NCBI GenBank assembly: GCA_031385045.1
Contig: JANNBC010000005.1
Location: 1 to 21,645 of the forward strand
Reading direction: 5' to 3'
Length of the DNA: 21,645 bases
Source: a bacterium
Lineage (GTDB): Bacteria > Bdellovibrionota_C > UBA2361 > CALJRW01
The notes under the pieces were generated by a model. That model was not told where the DNA came from and ran no database searches. It saw nothing but the letters and a program-made list of their open reading frames with translations. Below, in pieces: positions 1 to 8,559 of this stretch. Made by a program: the position numbers and the translations under genes. Every line of letters begins with the position of its first letter. Positions within the stretch are counted from its first letter, which is position 1.

Positions 1-168
1 ACTGATAAAAACTTTTCCGCGATTAAATTCTCTTGCATTTCGATGAACCAAAATAAAGGTAATCATCATAAAATGCAGACAAATTATGCTCTTCGCAATT
101 AGTTAAAAAAGTAGATTAATTTCGATCACTTAGCTCTTCGAAAACAAAATTAGTATTACGAAGGTAAG

Positions 169-217
169 TGACATTCGTGCCAGGCAAGAGCTTGACATTC
201 GTGCCAGGCAAGAGCTT
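169..217. repeat. Perfect 24-bp tandem direct repeat (TGACATTCGTGCCAGGCAAGAGCT x2), REP-like, downstream of the RAYT gene
   Basis: Units at 169-192 and 193-216 are identical. Each contains the interrupted palindrome TGCC-A-GGCA. The minus strand reads CTTG-CC-TGGCA-CGAA-TGTCA (5-bp hairpin with one G-T pair). Confidence 0.9.
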
Positions 218-356
218 TCACTATAATATCAAATTAAAAATGATAGCCATACCCAGCTATAATCTGCTTCTTTTAAAGATTTAAAGGGTAATTAGATTGA
301 AGCCTAGATAGATCTCTAGACCTCCAGTCCCTGACTAGATCAATAATAAATGACTA

Positions 357-1322
357 CTAATTACGATGCTCAATTAGGTGGTGGAGCATTGGTAGTCTTG
401 GTGGAAATAAGCCTGCTGGGTATACTTCAGTGAAATCTCCTCCTAGAATACTTTGATATACTTCATTGGCATATTCACAAAGATTTTTTGCGTAATTAAT
501 AAATTGCTTTCTAAGCTCTCTGTTTCCAGTAATACACCACATTTTTCTGCCAGTCCGGTTTGGTTTGTATTTTAAGTCTATTCCTTGGTTCTCGAGTTTT
601 GCTCTTCCCATGAAATCAGTTTTTTCTTGATAGATTGCCGATTGAATTTCTTTGATCTTTTCATGGATGGTTTTATTGATTTTGTTTATTTCTGCAGGGT
701 CTTTGATCTTAAATGATTTCATCCAAGCATTTGGATTAAATTCAAAATTGCCTTTGGCTGGATTATCCTTAACTAGTAATTTGCGCATCTTCTCAAAGAA
801 AAGATGTCCTTTATCTTGGGGTATTTCAAAGAGGGAGTCGCGACGGATGTAGTTGCACTTCATCTTGAAAGTATTTGCTTTATAGTATTCCCATGTACTT
901 AGGCCTGGATACTTATTAATTGATTCTATTAATCCATCCTTGACTGGGTTGGTATAAAGATAAGCGATCTTATTGATGACATCTTCTCTGGTTAGAAGTA
1001 CTGGGGAGTCATATCTTTCGCACCACACAGTTCTTTTCTTTCTTCCTAAGATTCTATTTAGATAATGGGCTGATTCAGTTTTAAATCTTTCCATAAATTT
1101 TGGTAAATCTAGTGGGTTTTCAATTCTTACAATCATATGGATGTGAGTTCCATTGACTATGAAATGATTGATTTCTAGTGGGTGATGTTTGAAAGCTCTG
1201 ATTAAAGCGGACTTTAGAAGAAATTTCACTAGAGGATTTGCAGGCAACATGATTCCTTCTTCCACGCTGAGAGTTACGAAGTGGATCTGGTTGTTTAGTA
1301 TTATTTTTCTTAGGCGAGGCAT
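357..1322 (-). CDS. HUH/Y1 tyrosine transposase, IS200/IS605 superfamily, RAYT (TnpA-REP)-like, with C-terminal extension
   Basis: 321 aa; N-terminal MPRLRK..HFVT, HUH motif (NGTHIHMIV), VWCERYDS, catalytic Tyr in YLYTNPVKDGL, all typical of RAYT-type Y1 transposases. No adjacent tnpB. Confidence 0.85.
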   Translation of the reverse strand: MPRLRKIILNNQIHFVTLSVEEGIMLPANPLVKFLLKSALIRAFKHHPLEINHFIVNGTHIHMIVRIENPLDLPKFMERFKTESAHYLNRILGRKKRTVWCERYDSPVLLTREDVINKIAYLYTNPVKDGLIESINKYPGLSTWEYYKANTFKMKCNYIRRDSLFEIPQDKGHLFFEKMRKLLVKDNPAKGNFEFNPNAWMKSFKIKDPAEINKINKTIHEKIKEIQSAIYQEKTDFMGRAKLENQGIDLKYKPNRTGRKMWCITGNRELRKQFINYAKNLCEYANEVYQSILGGDFTEVYPAGLFPPRLPMLHHLIEHRN

Positions 1323-1351
1323 GGAAGCAATCTCTGTATATTTAGACTTCT

Positions 1352-1378
1352 ATATCGGTAGTTGATTATTAAAGTTGC
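1352..1378 (-). promoter_or_regulatory. Candidate sigma-28 (FliA)-like promoter for the transposase
   Basis: Minus strand GCAA-N15-ACCGATAT; the -10 resembles GCCGATAA. Same GCAA-N15 layout as the site at 9885-9911. Confidence 0.35.
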
Positions 1379-1484
1379 TTTGTTGTGAGAATAATGTTGG
1401 GTGGCTCTAGTGAGCCTCTATTGAGTACAAGGTGATGTAATAGTGGGTTTATCTCTTCTTACCTGAATTAGTGTGGGTTTATTT

Positions 1485-1493
1485 TGTTATAAT
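1485..1493 (+). promoter_or_regulatory. Extended -10 sigma-70 promoter element (TGTTATAAT)
   Basis: Exact TGn-TATAAT upstream of the DUF4394 gene; preceded by a direct repeat GTGGGTTTAT at 1443-1452 and 1473-1482. Confidence 0.5.
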
Positions 1494-1576
1494 TATTTTT
1501 TAGAACTATGAGCATAGTCATACAGAGAACTAAATTTTCCAGATACATTACTGACTCTTTTAATAATGGAAAATTT

Positions 1577-3160
1577 ATGATTAACAATTTGTTAAAGTTT
1601 AAAAATGTGGTTTTTGGTCTGGGGCTCCTAGCGACCCTAGCCGTAAATCCCAGCGACAGTAGAGCTGAACCAATCATGGCGGTAACTGATACTAATCAAC
1701 TGATTAGTTTTGATAGCGCCTCACCCGGCACATTAGATAGCACAGTTAGTCTTAGTGGATTAGCTATAGGAGAAGTTGTTTTGGGATTGGATTTTCGTCC
1801 TGCCAGTGGAGAATTATTTGTTTTAGGAAATTCTAACCGGCTATATAATGTTGATGCACTTACTGGTGTGGCGACTCAAACTGGAGCTGATGGAGCTTTT
1901 GCTTTAAGTGGAACTGCTTTTGGTTTTGATTTTAATCCATTAGTTGATCGTGCGAGAGTTGTTAGTGAGACTGAACAGAATATCCGACTAAATCCAAATG
2001 ATGGAACCTTAGTTGCTACTGATTCAAATCTTGCTTATGACTTAACTGATATTAATTCTGCAGCTAATCCAAATATTGTAGAAGTAGCCTATAGTAATAA
2101 TTTTTCTGGAACAGCAACTACAGTTCTATTCGGAATTGATTCTGCTCTAGATATCTTAGTGGATCAAACTCCTGCTAATAATGGGACATTGCATACTATT
2201 GGAGCTCTTGGAGTTGATACTTCTAATTTAGTTGGTTTTGATATTTCAACAGCCAATCCAAATGTTGTTACAAACGCAGCTTATGCGGCAATGAATGTTG
2301 CTGGGAGTTATAATTTGTATTCAATTAACCTGACTACTGGAGCGGCAACATTAATTGGTGCCATCGGTAATGGGATAACTGCAATTCAAACCTTAGCAGT
2401 TATTACATGTAATCCGGATGTTACAATTAATGATGAAATTGTCTACGAGGGTAACTCAGGTTCACAAGATGTAATATTTACGGCTAGCCTTTCTCGTGAC
2501 TGTGGAAGAACAGTAACTGTAGATTACAATACAAATAATGGTACTGCGATTGCCGAGCAAGATTACTTATCTGAAGTTGGAACTTTAGTTTTTAATCCGA
2601 ACGAAATGTATCAGCCTATTTTTGTAACAGTTAATGGTGATACTAGCGCAGAAGCAGATGAAACATTTAGTGTCAATCTAACTAATGCTGTTCAGGCAAA
2701 TATTCTGGACAATATTGCAGTTGGAACGATCCTAAATGACGATCAACCTCTAGTAACTTCAACAGATCTTAGTATTGATAAACAAGCTAAGAGTCGTGTT
2801 AAGGTTGGAAATAACTTAACATATAGTTTCAACGTTACTAATCTTGGATCCATTGCTGCAACAAATGTAATGTTAAGAGACGAAATGCCAAGACGCACTC
2901 GCTACTTAAATGTTACTTCTAGCCAAGGTAGTTGTATTACGCCTAATAGAAATAAAAATGGAACAATTGAATGTGATTTAGGAACACTTTCTCCTGGTGC
3001 TACTGCAACTTTAACTTTAAAAGTTAAAGTTAATGGACAACCAAGAAGAACCCTAAAAAACACAGCAACAGTTGAATCTACAACTGCTGATAGTAATTTA
3101 AGTAATAACACAGATTCTGTAGACACGAGAGTGACTACAGGCAGTGAAAATCATTCTTAA
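1577..3160 (+). CDS. Secreted multidomain protein: signal peptide + DUF4394 + Calx-beta + DUF11 (Ig-like)
   Basis: Start moved from 1508 to the in-frame ATG at 1577, which gives a signal peptide (MINNLLKFKNVVFGLGLLATLAVNPSDSRA). GLDFRPASGELF and FGFDFNPLVDRARVV match DUF4394; EGNSG..VTVNGDTSAEADETFSVNL..GTILNDD matches Calx-beta; DLSIDK..VGNNLTYSFNVTNLG..CDLGTLSPGAT..NLSNN matches DUF11. Confidence 0.8.
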   Translation: MINNLLKFKNVVFGLGLLATLAVNPSDSRAEPIMAVTDTNQLISFDSASPGTLDSTVSLSGLAIGEVVLGLDFRPASGELFVLGNSNRLYNVDALTGVATQTGADGAFALSGTAFGFDFNPLVDRARVVSETEQNIRLNPNDGTLVATDSNLAYDLTDINSAANPNIVEVAYSNNFSGTATTVLFGIDSALDILVDQTPANNGTLHTIGALGVDTSNLVGFDISTANPNVVTNAAYAAMNVAGSYNLYSINLTTGAATLIGAIGNGITAIQTLAVITCNPDVTINDEIVYEGNSGSQDVIFTASLSRDCGRTVTVDYNTNNGTAIAEQDYLSEVGTLVFNPNEMYQPIFVTVNGDTSAEADETFSVNLTNAVQANILDNIAVGTILNDDQPLVTSTDLSIDKQAKSRVKVGNNLTYSFNVTNLGSIAATNVMLRDEMPRRTRYLNVTSSQGSCITPNRNKNGTIECDLGTLSPGATATLTLKVKVNGQPRRTLKNTATVESTTADSNLSNNTDSVDTRVTTGSENHS

Positions 3161-3178
3161 ATATTTTGATGCCTTCTT

Positions 3179-3210
3179 ACTACCAGAACAGGTCAAACTG
3201 TTCTGGTAGT
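3179..3210. terminator. Hairpin between convergent genes, probable intrinsic terminator
   Basis: Perfect 13-bp stem ACTACCAGAACAG / CTGTTCTGGTAGT with a 6-nt loop, starting 18 nt after the stop at 3160, followed by a short T run. Confidence 0.7.
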
Positions 3211-3325
3211 TTCATATCCAAACTACTAAATAATTTGCATAAGTTTGGCAAACTTTCCAAGACAATTATAATAAAACAAATTTTATCCTCCGCTCAAAAA
3301 ATCGTTATCTGAAATATTTGAGGAA

Positions 3326-4318
3326 TTAGATTGAAATAATACGGTTAATAATCTGCTCAAGTTCTTTAGGATTTAATTTACTACCTGTCATCCTAGGCGA
3401 TCCTCCAATAATATCACTACCACCCCAAGAATTTGCTGATTCGGAAACAAGGCCTTCGGCGTAATTTAGAAATGTATATAAATCAGTAATAGGAAAGTTA
3501 ACATAGGGGCTCATTTTTCCAATTGAGTAAGTAAAACTGGAGTCTTCGTTTTCTCGCACTGAGACAAAGGCTCTAATACCATCAGAGTAAACTGCAGTTC
3601 TAGCATGAGAACCAATTTCTCGAATCATCTTCCAGTTTTTTCCCCCACCAATTTGCTCATATGTAGTATCCAGTTCTATTTTACTACCTCGTCCATAGGA
3701 GTACTCTGTAATCCTATCTCCGACATTAGAAATCAGTTGCGCCATTTCGCGGCCAGACATTTGAAAAATCTTTCCGGCACTGCGAGCATTAGCGTAAGGT
3801 TCAAAGATCCAAGAAATCTCTTGAAGAACTTCTGAGTTGGGATCTATCGGGTAAGCCCCAGCAGTGACATCAAGTAAATCTTCTAATCTAACTAGGCGGT
3901 GAATTAATGGTTCACGTCTAGGACTCGTAATCCGGGAGTGATTCTTTAGTAGCCAAACTGATAATGCCGTATCGTGATCTGGATCGTTGACAAAAATATT
4001 TACAAGTGGCTGAGCGTTAATGCAAAATGTATCTAAAAGTCCTTGTTTTAAAGCAACTAATACTTGCGAGCAGGTTGCTCTGGTTCCTAGTCGATCAACT
4101 TCTTCATGATGATTAAAACTCCCATGTGGGCCATTGGGACTAAACTGTGGGCGACCAAACACAAATCCATCTAAAGCAATTGAGAATGGTGGATAATTAT
4201 CGATAAACTCCGGCCATTTAACTACTTTTTTAGGAGCAACGAAAAGTGTAATACCCTCATTTAATTTTTCCCGGTGTATTTCTGAAATTGGTTCAAGGCA
4301 AACTTCTTTTGCTAGCAT
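3326..4318 (-). CDS. Hypothetical protein, probable divergent (circularly permuted) DHH-superfamily phosphoesterase
   Basis: 330 aa; motifs IALDG, FNHH, ATCSQV, VNDPDHD, EDLLDVTAG and C-terminal WGGSDIIGGSPR resemble DHH motifs II, III, IV, I and the DHHA1 GG motif. Confidence 0.5.
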   Translation of the reverse strand: MLAKEVCLEPISEIHREKLNEGITLFVAPKKVVKWPEFIDNYPPFSIALDGFVFGRPQFSPNGPHGSFNHHEEVDRLGTRATCSQVLVALKQGLLDTFCINAQPLVNIFVNDPDHDTALSVWLLKNHSRITSPRREPLIHRLVRLEDLLDVTAGAYPIDPNSEVLQEISWIFEPYANARSAGKIFQMSGREMAQLISNVGDRITEYSYGRGSKIELDTTYEQIGGGKNWKMIREIGSHARTAVYSDGIRAFVSVRENEDSSFTYSIGKMSPYVNFPITDLYTFLNYAEGLVSESANSWGGSDIIGGSPRMTGSKLNPKELEQIINRIISI

Positions 4319-4519
4319 AAAACTTTCTAACTAATAATTTTTTGGTAAGATTTCAAGTTGTGCCTATCTTGAGTAAGCTTTAGTTGAATTAATAGGTAAA
4401 TTAAATAATGACTACCAAAATGCAATTTTACTACAAATTACCTGCTAGTCTATAGTGCTTAGATTATTGTCACTAAAAGTCATTTCCGCTAATTTATTCC
4501 CTATCTCCCAAGAGTTATT

Positions 4520-5938
4520 ATGAGTTGTCTAACTTTAATTAATAAATTTTTTCTAAATTATCGCTTAACTTCTCGGGGCATTGCTTGGCTTACCTGCATC
4601 CAATTATTACTTTGGATGCTACTAGTTATCATTGATTACTACTCCCTCAATTATAACAATTTTGATACTGGAATTTTTGCTAATCTAATTGCTAACGTTA
4701 TCCATTCCGGTAATTACTACAGTACAATTCTGGCCAAACATGGATTTTCAGATCACTTCTCCCCTAACCTATTACTACTAATTCCATTATTTAAATTTTA
4801 TCCCAGCTTTCTATGGTTACCTTTTCTAAAGGTAGTCGCTTATTTTTCATGTATACCAATTCTCTATGCACTAGGTAAACAGATTCTTGGTAAGAATCAT
4901 TATGGAACGCAGATCGTAGTTTTTCTCTGGCTAATTAATATGCCATTAGGGAGAACTTTATACTTTGAGTTTCAACCTTCAGCCTTAGCATTGCCTTTTG
5001 TTTTACTGGCTTTTCTTTTTGCAATTAAAAAAGAAAATCTTAAATTAATTCTTTGTTTAATATTCTTATTAGGTTTTAAAGAACAACTGCCATTAATCTG
5101 GATTGCAGTAGGAAGTTTTCTCATTTTCCTTCAAAATAGATCAAAAATAGGATTTACTTTGATAGTTACAGGTATATTTCTTGGAGTAATTATTGTTGGA
5201 TATATTATGCCTGCCTACAATACAACAAACTCATATCAACATTTAAACAAACTAGGTGTTTTGGAAATGATTCCAGAAAAGCTACTGATGTTGTTGATGG
5301 CTTTTGCTTCTGTTTTATTTATTCCATTAGTTAGACCCAAAAGCTTACTTTTTATTATACCCGCTTTTTCGCTTTCTCTAATTTCTGGAGAAGTAGTCAT
5401 GACTAGTTTATCTTTTCACTATCAAGATCTTGGGCTGACAGTAATGTTTATTGGTTTATTTTATGGAGTAAAAGAAATAGATTCTATTCCCAGATTAGAA
5501 AGTTTTAAAAAGTTTTTAGGCAGTATACTTTTTATGATTATTTGTTTAGGAATTAATCCTCGGCAACCATTTTTATATCTTTATCGGCACTGGCCAACTA
5601 GTGAGCAAAAAAATATTGTAGAACAGATACAGGAAGTAAGAGCAAAACTTCCTACCCTAAACCAATCTCCAACCATTTGGATCACAGATTCGCTTGGCCC
5701 CTATCTGTATGAAAGCAATAGCCTAAAGTCGATTACAGACTTTGAAGTCATTAATCAAATCAAAGATAACAAAAATGTGCTGATTATAATCTCGCCTAAA
5801 AGCAATAATTACCCACTAAACAAACATGCCATTGAGGAATTAGAGCAGCAGTTACTAGTTTTTGTGAAGGAGAAGAAATTACTCCAATCACATTCATTTT
5901 TACCATTAAATGTCTTTAGTTCTGAAAGAATACCTTAA
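4520..5938 (+). CDS. DUF2079-family polytopic membrane protein (GT-C-like putative glycosyltransferase)
   Basis: 472 aa, many hydrophobic segments; FDTGIF..DHFSPNLLLLIP, FEFQP, LGFKEQ and FHYQ fit the DUF2079 pattern. Confidence 0.7.
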   Translation: MSCLTLINKFFLNYRLTSRGIAWLTCIQLLLWMLLVIIDYYSLNYNNFDTGIFANLIANVIHSGNYYSTILAKHGFSDHFSPNLLLLIPLFKFYPSFLWLPFLKVVAYFSCIPILYALGKQILGKNHYGTQIVVFLWLINMPLGRTLYFEFQPSALALPFVLLAFLFAIKKENLKLILCLIFLLGFKEQLPLIWIAVGSFLIFLQNRSKIGFTLIVTGIFLGVIIVGYIMPAYNTTNSYQHLNKLGVLEMIPEKLLMLLMAFASVLFIPLVRPKSLLFIIPAFSLSLISGEVVMTSLSFHYQDLGLTVMFIGLFYGVKEIDSIPRLESFKKFLGSILFMIICLGINPRQPFLYLYRHWPTSEQKNIVEQIQEVRAKLPTLNQSPTIWITDSLGPYLYESNSLKSITDFEVINQIKDNKNVLIIISPKSNNYPLNKHAIEELEQQLLVFVKEKKLLQSHSFLPLNVFSSERIP

Positions 5939-6007
5939 CTTGCCAAAATCATTAATTATTTAAGTATTTTCAACAGGCACCAAACATTAATCAAACTTAA
6001 AAATCTC

Positions 6008-6034
6008 TTTAGTCTAAAATTTATTAGCCGATAA
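6008..6034 (+). promoter_or_regulatory. Candidate sigma-28-like promoter giving a leaderless transcript
   Basis: Exact GCCGATAA at 6027-6034; TTTAGTCT (5/8 match to TAAAGTTT) 11 nt upstream; ATG at 6042 follows after 7 nt; no Shine-Dalgarno. Confidence 0.5.
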
Positions 6035-6041
6035 TCTAACT

Positions 6042-7112
6042 ATGTCTAATCAGACTTTGCAAGAAGCACCTAAAGTTGATATCCGCCAGCAAGGTAATAC
6101 CTTGGATCTAGCAGAGAACTTTGCCGTTCGTCCTAATGCCGAGAATGCTAAAATTTTATCAGAAGTCTTAGCTGAAATTAATTTAGAAAAAGGAATCTAT
6201 TCACAAATTGAATTTAAAAATCCAAAGACTGGTGTCAGCACTAAACTTAACTGCTCACTTAGTAAGACTAATGGGCAATATCTTCTAGTTTCTAGTGGCT
6301 ATAGTGGCTATAGTGGCTCACAAATTATGCCTAGCAAAGAGGATCAAATCGTAGGAGTTGCTAAGATTGAAATTGTTGGAAAAGAAGATGCAATAATCTC
6401 ACTTTATAAAAAAATTGATAGTTTTCAAACGGCTCTCGAAAGTGCTCGCGGGCAAATGGTCAGGATTTTTTCAGATCGCCATAATTCTGAGGAATTTTTA
6501 ATTCAAAGTATTGACCGTCAAGGAGTTGTAACCGCAGTTAAAATGGATCGCCTTGGAGCACAAGAAGAAGTTAGCTTTCAAATTAGTCGTAATAAATGTT
6601 ATTTTGCCCAAGGTACTGAAGATGAATACTCTCAACCAATTACTGCCATTCACCGACTAAGTAGCCATCTAACGTTAAATAGGATCAGCAATTCAGAAGG
6701 AATTGTAGCTCCCGAACTTCCTGTGCTTGGACAAAAAGGACAAATAGTAGATCAAATTTCTGCCCTAGACCTAATTGCTAAGGGTACTGAGGTTACAATA
6801 AAAATTAAAATTGATAATTATCATACTCAGGAAATAGATTTAAAAACTAACTGGCTAGGATTTAAGGCTGGGCAGATAATTGTCGGAAATCCTAGAGTGC
6901 TTGCTGGAGTTAGTTCCTATCCACTTGAAAATGTCTTAGAGTTAAGAACATCCCCTCAAGATCAGGATCAAAAAGATATCGCAACATTATTTAAAGCTAC
7001 TTCCAAACCAGATAAACGTATTCCTGGAAGTACGATGGTAGAGATAAGGCCAGTTATAGCTGGCGCTAGTTTTGACTTCAAAGTAATAGATACACTTTAT
7101 GCTATAAAATAA
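6042..7112 (+). CDS. Hypothetical protein (no family recognised)
   Basis: 356-aa open frame with soluble-protein composition and a promoter-like motif directly upstream. Confidence 0.7.
   Translation: MSNQTLQEAPKVDIRQQGNTLDLAENFAVRPNAENAKILSEVLAEINLEKGIYSQIEFKNPKTGVSTKLNCSLSKTNGQYLLVSSGYSGYSGSQIMPSKEDQIVGVAKIEIVGKEDAIISLYKKIDSFQTALESARGQMVRIFSDRHNSEEFLIQSIDRQGVVTAVKMDRLGAQEEVSFQISRNKCYFAQGTEDEYSQPITAIHRLSSHLTLNRISNSEGIVAPELPVLGQKGQIVDQISALDLIAKGTEVTIKIKIDNYHTQEIDLKTNWLGFKAGQIIVGNPRVLAGVSSYPLENVLELRTSPQDQDQKDIATLFKATSKPDKRIPGSTMVEIRPVIAGASFDFKVIDTLYAIK
6293..6318 (+). repeat. In-frame 9-bp tandem repeat (TAGTGGCTA x~3) encoding SGY-SGY-SGS
   Basis: Directly visible at 6293-6301, 6302-6310 and 6311-6318. 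Confidence 0.85.
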
Positions 7113-7188
7113 ATTAGATGTTTAATCAGTATTTATAAAATAAATTCAGGTAGCTTATCTGTTTTTTTATTTCATCTATGTATTTATA

Positions 7189-7488
7189 CTAAATCAAATC
7201 TAGCAGGGCCTTTATTTTAGTATTTGCTTCAATTGGATGTCGAAGTTTTTTGTTGAGTTTAATTGTATAACGGTTTCTTCTCCCGATACGCTCTCTTCGG
7301 AGGTATCCTTCAGCTTCTAAGTCAGAAAGAATTCTAAGAACTGCCCTCTCAGTAATTCCGACATGAATAGCAATCTCTTTTACTGGCAAATCTGCTTTGC
7401 GGTGTAAGCAAAGCAGTACATGCCCATGATTACTCAAAAATGTCCATGTAGACTTTGCTAAATTGGGGCTTTGGCCTGCATTCTTCAT
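7189..7488 (-). CDS. Winged-helix transcriptional regulator (ArsR/MarR-like), divergent from sbtAB
   Basis: WTFLSNHGHVLLCL..EIAIHVGITERAVLRILSDLEAEGYL.RERIGRRNRY..LRHPIE. ATG at 7488 preferred over GTG at 7512 because of the promoter position. Confidence 0.85.
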   Translation of the reverse strand: MKNAGQSPNLAKSTWTFLSNHGHVLLCLHRKADLPVKEIAIHVGITERAVLRILSDLEAEGYLRRERIGRRNRYTIKLNKKLRHPIEANTKIKALLDLI

Positions 7489-7494
7489 TAATTT

Positions 7495-7523
7495 AGTATG
7501 CGATAAAAACACATGCTTTACAA
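7495..7523 (-). promoter_or_regulatory. Sigma-70 promoter for the regulator (leaderless)
   Basis: Minus strand TTGTAA-N17-CATACT-N6-ATG(7488). Confidence 0.5.
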
Positions 7524-7524
7524 T

Positions 7525-7539
7525 ACATGAATTTTATGT
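7525..7539. promoter_or_regulatory. Imperfect palindrome, candidate operator between the regulator and sbtA
   Basis: ACATGAA-T-TTTATGT, 6 of 7 positions symmetric, in the short divergent intergenic region. Confidence 0.4.
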
Positions 7540-7557
7540 CACATATAGCCCCCTTAT

Positions 7558-8544
7558 ATGAACGACATTCTTCAAACCAACCTCCTAAGCCCAATCACCT
7601 TGTGTTTTATCCTTGGAATATTTGCAAAACTAATACGCAGTGAACTTGCTCTTCCGAAAGATATTTATATTGGAATTTCGATTTATCTTTTACTTGCTCT
7701 TGGCTTAAAAGGTGGCGTGGAACTTGCTGAGGCTCCCCTTGACTCGATACTAAAGCCTGCCATCATTACCTTACTTCTCGGTATAATTACACCGATATCA
7801 GCTTATCTAATACTTCGTCGACTTGGAAAATTTTCAGTGTCTAATGCTGCTGGAATCGCTGCTCATTATGGCTCGGTCTCAGCAGTTACATTCCTAGCGG
7901 CTCAGTCATTCATTAGCGAAATGTCACTAAAAGATCCGATGTTAGCACCGCTTGAAGGATTCATGCCAACGCTATTAACCCTTCTGGAAGCCCCAGGCAT
8001 TCAGACGGCTCTGATGATCGGTGTTATTAATTCCGCTAGTGAGGGCAAGTTACTTTCAAAGGCATTTCATGAAATGTTAACAGGCAGAACAACAATCTTG
8101 CTTGTGGGGGGGCTAATTGTTGGTGCTCTTATTGGTCATAAGAACTGGGAAGTGATTGCTCCATTTTATGATACTAAAGGCGCCGTCTTTCGGGGACTGC
8201 TTTGTTTGTTCTTACTGGAGATGGGACTAATCGCTGGAGCCCGAATGGGCGACCTTAAAAAGGCTGGCATTTTTCTGATTTTTTTTGGAACAATTGTTCC
8301 TATAATCCATGCCACTCTTGCTATCGTACTTGGATATTGGGCTGGGCTTTCAGTCGGGGGATGTACGGTCCTTGGTGCGATGGCGGGGAGTGCTTCGTAC
8401 ATAGCTGCTCCTCCTGCTGTTCGAATGACGTTACCTGACGCTAACCCAGCTTACTACTTAACTGCGGCTCTAGCGATTACTTTTCCGTTTAACTTAGTAA
8501 TTGGTATACCGATTTATTTTGAAATTTCTAAAATGTTACACTGA
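7558..8544 (+). CDS. sbtA: Sodium-dependent bicarbonate transport family permease (SbtA / Sbt_1)
   Basis: IYLLLALGLKGG, AAHYGSVSAVTF, FLLEMG, SASYIAAPPA, ITFPFN are family signatures; adjacent PII-like gene. Confidence 0.9.
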   Translation: MNDILQTNLLSPITLCFILGIFAKLIRSELALPKDIYIGISIYLLLALGLKGGVELAEAPLDSILKPAIITLLLGIITPISAYLILRRLGKFSVSNAAGIAAHYGSVSAVTFLAAQSFISEMSLKDPMLAPLEGFMPTLLTLLEAPGIQTALMIGVINSASEGKLLSKAFHEMLTGRTTILLVGGLIVGALIGHKNWEVIAPFYDTKGAVFRGLLCLFLLEMGLIAGARMGDLKKAGIFLIFFGTIVPIIHATLAIVLGYWAGLSVGGCTVLGAMAGSASYIAAPPAVRMTLPDANPAYYLTAALAITFPFNLVIGIPIYFEISKMLH

Positions 8545-8559
8545 TTTTTAAGAGGAATT

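Noticed and set aside
1..38. Possible start of a minus-strand gene (MQENLIAEKFLS...) running off the left edge
   Set aside because: Only 12 codons are visible and another frame is also open; cannot be supported.
169..217. Possible CRISPR array
   Set aside because: Only two adjacent units with no spacer between them, and no cas genes in the window.
357..1322. Complete IS605/IS200 element with TnpB or omega RNA
   Set aside because: No tnpB/iscB ORF is adjacent and I could not find matching left- and right-end hairpins.
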